Shown: positions 10,454 through 18,735 of the stretch, one piece after another | How positions within the stretch are numbered: the stretch's first letter is position 1 | Layout: every line of letters starts with the position of its first letter | Assembly (NCBI GenBank): GCA_051382335.1 | Contig: JBBCAX010000237.1 | Span: 1-53,477, forward strand | Origin: Deltaproteobacteria bacterium TL4 | GTDB taxonomy: Bacteria > SAR324 > NAC60-12 | Direction of reading: 5' to 3' | Length of the DNA stretch: 53,477 nt | Translations under genes and position numbers: made by a program | The notes under the pieces: generated by a model | What the model was told of the DNA's origin: nothing | What the model saw: only the letters and a program-made list of their open reading frames with translations | The model's database searches: none

Positions 10454-11395
10454 TCATGTCAAACGTATCCATGCGTTCAAGGGTTTCCAATGATCTAATT
10501 GCAGGTGAGAGATGGTTCTCAATCCCTGATCACTAAACCATTGGTTATTCCAAGCCATTTCTACAGCGTTCAGGTGTGAGAGTTTCCACTTCCCTTGAAC
10601 TCTGTAGACACTGCTAGCCTTTATTTTCGAGATATAGTGCGCAAGGAAAGTTTTGTCCTGGGAACGAGGGCATCTTGCCCTCACCGGAGGGCGGGACGCC
10701 CTCCCCCCAAGACAAAACTTCTCTGGATAACTATACCCCTTTGGTGGAGTTTTTGCACCATTGAACGTCTACTCTTGCACTGATTAATCAGTTGAGAGCG
10801 GAATCTTCTGTGTATATGAGCTTCTACCGACTTCAATTGTCGAGGAAACTCAGTCAGTCGATAATAGGCCGACCAACCCACATACCATTGATTCACTTTT
10901 TCGATTCGTTCTTCCCACGGAAGATGAGTTCCTCTGGGGATGAGTTCACGTAGTTTCGCATTTGCTCGCTGCATGGACTTCTTTGACATCACTACCATTT
11001 TATCAATGATCGTGAATCCCAGAAATTTTACTTCCTTAGAGGGGGCGACTTTGCTTTTATTTTCATTGATTTTCAGCTTCAGTCTTTTCTCGATAAAGCG
11101 GCTAATCGAGGCCATGACTCGGTTCCCCGCTTTTTGGCTGCCGACAAAAATGTTGCAGTCATCAGCGAAACGACAGAAAGAAAGACCTCGTTGTTCCAAT
11201 TCCTTGTCGAGTTCATCCAGAAGGATATTGCTCAACAAAGGACTGAGAGGACTTCCCTGGACGGAACCTTCGTCACTGGGGATAAGCTTGTCTCCTTCCA
11301 GAACGCCACTTCTCAGTGTCATTCCTATGAGACGGATAACTCGTTTATCTTCCACTTTTCGTTTCACAAGGTGAATGACTTTTTCATGGTTAATT
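10454..11395 (-). pseudogene. ltrA: Group II intron reverse transcriptase/maturase, N-truncated and MITE-interrupted
   Basis: QGSPLSPLLSNILLDELDKELE; RFADDCNIF; KFLGF; X domain. Removing the MITE restores the reading ...HQRG-ISKIK... Confidence 0.9.
10635..10733. mobile_element. MITE family A, copy 2, inserted in the RT gene with TA duplication
   Basis: TA at 10633-10634 and 10734-10735; excision leaving one TA restores the RT frame; same core as 17-117. Confidence 0.88.
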
Positions 11396-11580
11396 TGGAA
11401 CCTTTCAAAAATACGGAAAAGTAGTTAACAGTTTTATAATAGTCACTTCTTTCTTTATTTTAACGCAAAGACGCAAAGACGCAAGGAACGCAAAGGATTT
11501 TAAACTATTTCTTTGCGCTCCTTGCGTCTTTGCGTCTTTGCGTTAAAGATCAACTGTAAACTGAAAAATGAAAGGTGCCC
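11396..11580. mobile_element. MITE family C, copy 1
   Basis: Ends GGAACCTTTCAAAA ... CTGTAAACT...TGAAAGGTGCCC; inner long hairpin TAACGCAAAGACGCAAAGACGCAAGGA / TCCTTGCGTCTTTGCGTCTTTGCGTTA; same ends as 28896-29056. Confidence 0.8.
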
Positions 11581-11597
11581 AAAAAAGCAGAAAAAAA

Positions 11598-13801
11598 GTC
11601 GTAATCCTTCCGGGCCTCAGAAGTCATTCCACAAGAGGAGAAAAAAAAAGAGAATAGGCGAAAGAGAAAAAGGTCGTAATCCTTCCGGGCCTCAGAAGTC
11701 ATTCCACACGCCATTTTAGAGGCGTAGCCGGTAAATTCGAATCAAAAGTCGTAATCCTTCCGGGCCTCAGAAGTCATTCCACAAGAGATTATAAAGAAAC
11801 AAGAGAAAGCGTAACCGAGAAAGTCGTAATCCTTCCGGGCCTCAGAAGTCATTCCACAAGAGAGGACATGGGTAAAAAGAAAAAAGAAAAGTAAGAAAGT
11901 CGTAATCCTTCCGGGCCTCAGAAGTCATTCCACGAGAATAGCCGGGAAAGAAAAAAAGAGGAACACGTCGTAATCCTTCCGGGCCTCAGAAGTCATTCCA
12001 CATTATATAAAAGGGAGGTCATTAGATCAGAGGTGAAGTCGTAATCCTTCCGGGCCTCAGAAGTCATTCCACAAGAAATAGTTACTACCTTAGCTCAAGG
12101 TATTAAGGTTTTTGTCGTAATCCTTCCGGGCCTCAGAAGTCATTCCACTTTCTTATGTCTTGATAGGCATATAGGAAAGTATATTGTCGTAATCCTTCCG
12201 GGCCTCAGAAGTCATTCCACTTTTAGAGGCGTAGCCGGTAAAGGTAAATTAGAGTCGTAATCCTTCCGGGCCTCAGAAGTCATTCCACTGACGAACTTGT
12301 CAGTGCCAGCTTTTGCATTAAAAATAAGTCGTAATCCTTCCGGGCCTCAGAAGTCATTCCACTTTAATAGAGGGCATTATGACTAGTTTATTAGAAGTGT
12401 CGTAATCCTTCCGGGCCTCAGAAGTCATTCCACAGGACAAAAGTAGTGCTTTGTCCTTCGAAGTTAATGAATGTCGTAATCCTTCCGGGCCTCAGAAGTC
12501 ATTCCACTCTTACAAAAGAGGCACTATGACAAACACAAACTCAAGTCGTAATCCTTCCGGGCCTCAGAAGTCATTCCACAATGCATGGATTTGGTTATAG
12601 ATAATAGGGCGCGAAAAAGTCGTAATCCTTCCGGGCCTCAGAAGTCATTCCACATTGCAGGCAATGTGCCTGGTACAGGCACAAGGATTTGTCGTAATCC
12701 TTCCGGGCCTCAGAAGTCATTCCACAGAGCGATGCTCTTTCATTTGAAATAGACGAGGCGCTTTGTCGTAATCCTTCCGGGCCTCAGAAGTCATTCCACT
12801 ATTAGGAGAAAAATTATGAAGGTTTTCATGATTATAAGGTCGTAATCCTTCCGGGCCTCAGAAGTCATTCCACTATGCTTCCAAGAAAAGAGCGACGCGC
12901 TCTCATTGTCGTAATCCTTCCGGGCCTCAGAAGTCATTCCACTATGTAATAAGATTTTTTAAAATAGTAGATGCTAGAGTGTCGTAATCCTTCCGGGCCT
13001 CAGAAGTCATTCCACTGAACAGGACCTAGAAAACAAGCGGCTATGCCGCAAGTCGTAATCCTTCCGGGCCTCAGAAGTCATTCCACTCATTAGTTCAGGC
13101 TGTACATTATTATCAATGTATAAATCGTCGTAATCCTTCCGGGCCTCAGAAGTCATTCCACTGTAGAGCGTATAGGTGAATTTATACGCGATGAGGGTTT
13201 TGTCGTAATCCTTCCGGGCCTCAGAAGTCATTCCACTGTCAGGCGCAAACCTGTCAGGCGCCAACCTGTCGTAATCCTTCCGGGCCTCAGAAGTCATTCC
13301 ACCCTCTGTTTTAGAGGGGAAAATTGTTTGTGGGGTACTGTCGTAATCCTTCCGGGCCTCAGAAGTCATTCCACTTTTTGAAATTATTACCCGAGAATTC
13401 GGGATAGACGGGTCGTAATCCTTCCGGGCCTCAGAAGTCATTCCACTGAGCCTTTCTGCCACCTTTCACGGAAACGTGAATTAGTCGTAATCCTTCCGGG
13501 CCTCAGAAGTCATTCCACAATTATCGCTCCACTGGTAAATGAGGATGGACTTAATGTCGTAATCCTTCCGGGCCTCAGAAGTCATTCCACAGGGTTTGAC
13601 GTGTTGAGCGTTGAACTCTTCTCCTCAAGTCGTAATCCTTCCGGGCCTCAGAAGTCATTCCACTAAGAATGAGAAAAATATGAACAAGATGGAAAAAGTC
13701 GTAATCCTTCCGGGCCTCAGAAGTCATTCCACCTTTACAATGTATAATTCAGGAGTAGTAGTTTCTGTCGTAATCCTTCCGGGCCTCAGAAGTCATTCCA
13801 C
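11598..13801 (-). CRISPR. CRISPR array 1: 31 repeats, 30 spacers (about 31-41 nt)
   Basis: Repeat GTCGTAATCCTTCCGGGCCTCAGAAGTCATTCCAC (35 bp). The minus strand ends in ATTACGAC, a type III-like 5' handle; the cas genes and the AT-rich leader lie to the right. Confidence 0.98.
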
Positions 13802-14000
13802 AATAGAGCTGGACTTTGAACATTTGATTCATGGTTTTAGTTTTAATTATTCAATAATATCAGTGGTTTTATTTTATGAATGAATTAATGCAAGGTTATT
13901 ATTTCCCGTTTTTCAGGCCAAACCTATCATTAATTCTAATACGACTTTATAAGTCTCTGATTTTATTCAGGAGTAATATTGAGCAAATTGTTCAAAGTCG
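13802..14000 (-). promoter_or_regulatory. Leader of CRISPR array 1, with IHF-like motifs
   Basis: AT-rich non-coding stretch next to the first repeat in transcript orientation; WATCARNNNNTTR match on the minus strand at 13950-13962 and a one-mismatch match at 13858-13870. Confidence 0.7.
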
Positions 14001-14040
14001 AGAATAGAGGTAACAATGGATAATGCAGCAAATGATAAGG

Positions 14041-15263
14041 GTCGTAATCCTTCCGGGCCTCAGAAGTCATTCCACCGAAGATATGTTCATATCTCAGGAA
14101 GTGCAGGAAATCTTGTCGTAATCCTTCCGGGCCTCAGAAGTCATTCCACTGGAAATCGTAGTAGGCACTACATCGGTACGCTCTGTTTGTCGTAATCCTT
14201 CCGGGCCTCAGAAGTCATTCCACAAGATATCACACGGAGAAAATCTTGTAGAGATGGCTAAGTCGTAATCCTTCCGGGCCTCAGAAGTCATTCCACAAAC
14301 AATATTGATCATTGGATATCATATTGGTGGGAAGAGTCGTAATCCTTCCGGGCCTCAGAAGTCATTCCACCATATGCCGTCAGCACACTTGGCGCATGCC
14401 CAGATTTGAGTCGTAATCCTTCCGGGCCTCAGAAGTCATTCCACTGTTCGAGTCATAACTCGACTCGCTTAAGGTCCCTGTCGTAATCCTTCCGGGCCTC
14501 AGAAGTCATTCCACCGACGACCTCGTCGGAATGAGCCCTGCAGAATTAAGTCGTAATCCTTCCGGGCCTCAGAAGTCATTCCACAGGAGAATCCTGCCTA
14601 TGTTTCCCTATACAACAGGGGGTCGTAATCCTTCCGGGCCTCAGAAGTCATTCCACAAAGAAATTTTGATTTTATAAATAGAGAGCAAATTCTTAAAGTC
14701 GTAATCCTTCCGGGCCTCAGAAGTCATTCCACAGTGGCAAGAGGCGGTGGCGGTAGTAGTAGTAGTTTAATTGTCGTAATCCTTCCGGGCCTCAGAAGTC
14801 ATTCCACTCTTTAAAATTAAAAGCATAACAAATAAACTATGAAAGTCGTAATCCTTCCGGGCCTCAGAAGTCATTCCACCGCGAGGATGCAATTCCAAGG
14901 GAACCTTAGCCTCAAGTCGTAATCCTTCCGGGCCTCAGAAGTCATTCCACAAAATTCACTTCACTCTCTCAAGGAGGTAAGTAATGTCGTAATCCTTCCG
15001 GGCCTCAGAAGTCATTCCACAGGGGAACACATTCGCTGCTGGGTGTTAAGGAAAGAGTCGTAATCCTTCCGGGCCTCAGAAGTCATTCCACTGTACAACG
15101 TAAGCACTTTAAACCAATCGGTAGTAGATATGTCGTAATCCTTCCGGGCCTCAGAAGTCATTCCACAGTAGGATGCTCTAAAAGCAGGCTGTCCTCCCAC
15201 ATTGTCGTAATCCTTCCGGGCCTCAGAAGTCGTAATCCTTCCGGGCCTCAGAAGTCATTCCAC
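14041..15263 (-). CRISPR. CRISPR array 2: 17 full repeats plus one 25-nt partial repeat, 16 spacers
   Basis: Same 35-bp repeat; the partial copy at 15204-15228 is directly fused to the full copy at 15229-15263. Confidence 0.97.
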
Positions 15264-16187
15264 TTTTGGAAATTGAAAGATTGATTGACTTGAAAGGCAA
15301 AGTTGCAGGCTATCCTGCCATAAGGTTTTGTGTTTTTGCAAGGGATGTAAAGGAGAACAGGATTGAATCTCTGGAATTTCAAACTGACCAAAGCCAAAAG
15401 AGCGATTTTTTCCAACGCCAAGCCATTGTCGCAAGACGAATGCTTCCGAGCCTTCTTCGTTCAATTGACCTCTCACCCCAAGTGTTCCCATCCATCCGCC
15501 CAGCGTTTTTTCATCCTCCCCCCCGCCATAACCCACATCGACCCACATGCCATGAGCAAAACGTGTTTCTGTCCAGTCCAGAGGAACCTGTTCTTCGGTC
15601 AATTCTTCATTTTGAAGAACTTGACGCAGGAGGTGGTGAACGTTATCAACATGTTTTCGAAAATAAAGATCATCACAATAACGATGCCCGTCCTGTTTTT
15701 GTCCTTCGGGACGTGTCAGCCTGAGCGGAGCATGAAATATCAGGCGAAATTCAAAAGCATGGCGTATGGCTTCCACGCTGGATTGGAGCAAATCAGAGGT
15801 CAGGAGGGTTGGCGCTTGCTGAGGCCACGGAGTTCCTTTTACTCGACAATGTCCTTCTTTCAAGCGAATGGTTGTTTCAGGCACAAAATGGCCATGAGCG
15901 CCCGTGATTCGTGGCAACGAGTCGATGACTTGTTGAAAGCGGGTGAGCTCCTTCTCTGGAAATGAAACACCCAGTTCGATGAGGTCTCCCGGTTGGTAAG
16001 CTGGGATACCTGAGTCAGCAGGAGTTACAATGACGTCCGTTTGATGAAAGTTTTCCTCCGGAAGGAGGAAGGGATTGTAGGCAAAACGGAGCATTGCCGA
16101 CCATAAAGCTCCCTGATAATGCGGCAGGGACTTGATCGGAGTCAGGACTTTAAAGGTGAGAGTGAGGAAATAACGTGGATTGGACAC
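15255..16187 (-). CDS. cas6: Cas6 endoribonuclease, probable remnant of a Cas6-RT-Cas1 fusion
   Basis: G-loop LGVGKNRSFGFGQF; FHAPLRL; the stop codon lies inside the CRISPR repeat. Confidence 0.85.
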   Translation of the reverse strand: MSNPRYFLTLTFKVLTPIKSLPHYQGALWSAMLRFAYNPFLLPEENFHQTDVIVTPADSGIPAYQPGDLIELGVSFPEKELTRFQQVIDSLPRITGAHGHFVPETTIRLKEGHCRVKGTPWPQQAPTLLTSDLLQSSVEAIRHAFEFRLIFHAPLRLTRPEGQKQDGHRYCDDLYFRKHVDNVHHLLRQVLQNEELTEEQVPLDWTETRFAHGMWVDVGYGGGEDEKTLGGWMGTLGVRGQLNEEGSEAFVLRQWLGVGKNRSFGFGQFEIPEIQSCSPLHPLQKHKTLWQDSLQLCLSSQSIFQFPKVE

Positions 16188-16199
16188 AATTACCTATGC

Positions 16200-17369
16200 C
16201 TATTGAGGCGCAATGGTTTTGGTTTTAGTCAGAAGACCACAGTACTGTTGAAGTTCACCCAATGTCTTTTTTTGCCAAGGCGCAGGTTTCACCCATTGTT
16301 TTTTCCAGTAGGCAAGAATTTGTTGTCCCAGTTCTTGTTTTTGCATTGTCAATTGTTCAGGAGAATCGACAGAGGTTTCTCCAGGAGGAAGCAGGTCAGG
16401 AGATTTAAAGAAAAGGAGCACTTTATCAGGCTTAATGAGACTCTTTCGGGTATCTTCGAGATAGCGGTCATTCCACTTTAAGAGATTTCGTTGTTTCAAT
16501 TCTGCTTCTTGCTCTTGTCGTGCCTTTTCTGCCTGTTGCCGTTTTTGGAGTTCCAGACGGAATTGTTCCTGTCGTTTCAGTTCCTCTTCCCACAAAACTT
16601 GAAACCGTCCATAACCCACGGATGTTTTTCCGCCGAGTCCTTCCTCTGAAAGCACTTTTTTCAAGGCCTTCCTAAGGAAAAAAAGGGATTTATCGGGACC
16701 TTGGAGGGAGACAAAAAACTTCAAACCACTCCGCAAAGCGGCTATTTTAACAGGGATTGGATTTTCAGTGCCATCGGGCAAACGTTCTCCTGAATAATAT
16801 TTCTGATGATGGACATTGATAATGTCTTCCTCAAACCACCGATCCTCCGGGTGCATCCACGCATCAAAAAAAGTAACCGAGCCCACATAGGATTTCTTGT
16901 CAAACTCACCCCCGAAGAGTTCCACCTGATTCGCTGATTTTTGAGTGTTCTTTGAGGAACGAGACCAGGCTTCCCCGCTCTGTTTACTCAACCAGGCAGA
17001 AAGGATTCCCTTGAGGGTACTGCCTGGAATATAAGGTACTCCCCACGGTTTGTTCAGATGGAATCCAAATTCAAACACGGAGGCATTTCCCGTTCCTAAC
17101 AAAATTTTTGTGAGCGAGAGAATATCAAAAGAAATGGTATCATGCTCTCTCTTGCGCATCGTATTGACCCAGTGGTGAAAGGCATACTGATAACTTTCTT
17201 TTAATGACGGAGACATTCTGAAATTTGCCAACAAGGCCAAGGATTTATCCTTGGTTTGGTGTTCCTGATGTTCATCAATAGACTCATTAAATTTATCAAT
17301 ACGAAGCCCCAGATTATCGACACGGAGGCCGGAAATAAATTGGTGATCCGTTCTGATTGCTTCTATCAT
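16200..17369 (-). CDS. cmr6: Type III-B RAMP Cmr6 with C-terminal extension
   Basis: WGVPYIPGSTLKG; DIINVHHQKYY; ENPIPV; GLGGKTSVGYGRF. Confidence 0.93.
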   Translation of the reverse strand: MIEAIRTDHQFISGLRVDNLGLRIDKFNESIDEHQEHQTKDKSLALLANFRMSPSLKESYQYAFHHWVNTMRKREHDTISFDILSLTKILLGTGNASVFEFGFHLNKPWGVPYIPGSTLKGILSAWLSKQSGEAWSRSSKNTQKSANQVELFGGEFDKKSYVGSVTFFDAWMHPEDRWFEEDIINVHHQKYYSGERLPDGTENPIPVKIAALRSGLKFFVSLQGPDKSLFFLRKALKKVLSEEGLGGKTSVGYGRFQVLWEEELKRQEQFRLELQKRQQAEKARQEQEAELKQRNLLKWNDRYLEDTRKSLIKPDKVLLFFKSPDLLPPGETSVDSPEQLTMQKQELGQQILAYWKKQWVKPAPWQKKTLGELQQYCGLLTKTKTIAPQ

Positions 17370-17776
17370 ACCTCATCTCCCTCTTCGGCGGTTCCTTCAA
17401 TGAGGATATCCGCAATCCGTTTATGCCATTGTAAAAAGCGTAAGACCTCTTTAGTGGTCTGCATGTATTCAGGAAGGTTTTGACGTCTCACCATTTCTAA
17501 CAGGGTTCGAGAATCAGTAGCGGTCACCAGACGCATCGCATGAAGTTCCTGGGTCAAATGGTCTAATAAATATTGGTGATGCACCTCGCGGGGTTTGGTA
17601 GCTTTGGCCGCCAAAAAAGTCAGGAACTGGATCAACCCGACGGTGCGCATGACCCCGCCCGCCCTTTTACAGAGGGATTTATAGCGTTTGACAGGTTTGT
17701 CCTCCCCTTTTTCCATTTTCAGTTGTTCTATCTTTTTAAACACAAGGTCGGAATACTTTTGATTTTTAGTTTGCAT
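17366..17776 (-). CDS. cmr5: Type III-B small subunit Cmr5
   Basis: Position between cmr4 and cmr6; VGLIQFLTFLAAK; EYMQTTKEVLRFLQWHKR. Confidence 0.9.
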   Translation of the reverse strand: MQTKNQKYSDLVFKKIEQLKMEKGEDKPVKRYKSLCKRAGGVMRTVGLIQFLTFLAAKATKPREVHHQYLLDHLTQELHAMRLVTATDSRTLLEMVRRQNLPEYMQTTKEVLRFLQWHKRIADILIEGTAEEGDEV

Positions 17777-18698
17777 GGGTTCCCCCTTCCTGATTGAAGT
17801 GAATTTCGACAAAACCTTTGCCGGTAGTCGATTTGCCGCCAATCTGAAATTGCAGGTGATTTCTGATTAAAAAACCGGAAAGTTCCTCTGCCGTTTTTTT
17901 GAATTTTTCCTTGTAGGATTTATCCACGCCAATCATGCCCACAAACAGGGATTCCATGGGGACGGTTTCTTCATACCAGAGCGCTCCCGTTTTGACAGTT
18001 CCTGTTTCCTGATCGATGGCGATTCGGGCATCCACCGGTAAGGCGGTTTCACACAAAAAATTCAGAGCGTTATCATCAGCAATCACAAAACGTTGCTTGA
18101 ATATTTTCTGGCCTTCCTCGTCCTGAAAAAATAGGGGAGCTATCACATCCGCCCATTTATCGGCCAGTTCGGTTTGTTTTGAATCAATCAGCAAATCCAG
18201 TTCTTCCAGAAGAATCGAATTTCTCTGTGGATACTGAATCAGGGAGTTAGGTGGAATTAATGCTTTATAGTTGGGATTCTGATCTCCAGACATACCGAGC
18301 GATGGAATTGCGGGAAGGTAGCTCTTTCCGGATCTTTCAAGCAATTTTTTAAGTAGTTGCAACGTGTAGGGAGAAGCAAGGTAGGCAAAAGTGCCAAAGT
18401 AGGAGCGCACGGGAAGAGCCAGCAGATTGGCATCGCCTACTGAAATGGCGGAGGCGAACTCATTGCCATCTTTGCCAAACAGGGCTTCAATATACTCTGT
18501 TTTTTGCGCTTGATCCTTGGGAACAATCGTTCCATTTGAAAATTCATCTTTCATCACTCCTTTCAAGGAGGATCCGGGCACAATGGGGTGTCCCGACACA
18601 GTATTTCTTGCGGTGGGCAGATCAATATCACTAAGTCCTTGACCAATGCCACAATGAAGAGGGGAAAGTGTTTTGAGTGAAAACAGGATATTTTTCAT
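17766..18698 (-). CDS. cmr4: Type III-B backbone Cmr4
   Basis: PLHCGIG; IDLP with the catalytic Asp retained; PGSSLKG; GALWYEE; QIGGKSTTGKG. Confidence 0.95.
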   Translation of the reverse strand: MKNILFSLKTLSPLHCGIGQGLSDIDLPTARNTVSGHPIVPGSSLKGVMKDEFSNGTIVPKDQAQKTEYIEALFGKDGNEFASAISVGDANLLALPVRSYFGTFAYLASPYTLQLLKKLLERSGKSYLPAIPSLGMSGDQNPNYKALIPPNSLIQYPQRNSILLEELDLLIDSKQTELADKWADVIAPLFFQDEEGQKIFKQRFVIADDNALNFLCETALPVDARIAIDQETGTVKTGALWYEETVPMESLFVGMIGVDKSYKEKFKKTAEELSGFLIRNHLQFQIGGKSTTGKGFVEIHFNQEGGTHAN

Positions 18699-18735
18699 GA
18701 TAACTCCTCAGAAAATAGTAAGGGATAAACAAAAA

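Larger units (their letters stand above)
10385..11395 (-). mobile_element. Truncated group II intron, 3' half, class C-like
   Basis: Domain V GAGCCGTGTACGAGACCCGTACGCACGGTTC (10422-10452, minus strand); domain VI ending CTACTCGAT at 10385; 5' half missing at the MITE at 11396. Confidence 0.9.

Noticed and set aside
10454..11395. CRISPR-associated RT used for spacer acquisition
   Set aside because: It is a broken group II intron ORF at the trailer end of the array with no Cas1 fusion; the adjacency results from a MITE-linked deletion.
12800..12838. Self-targeting of the coiled-coil gene start (shared GGAGAAAAATTATGA, near 30037-30051)
   Set aside because: Only 15 nt of low-complexity SD/ATG sequence match and the flanks differ.
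11513..15200. ORFs 11513-11719, 13007-13462, 13611-13883 and 15012-15200
   Set aside because: They are translations of CRISPR repeats and spacers.
15264..15290. Remnant leader next to array 2 (GGAAATTGAAAGATTGATTGA resembles GGACTTTGAACATTTGATTCA in leader 1)
   Set aside because: The match is short, AT-rich and offset by 5 nt relative to the repeat; it cannot be told from chance.
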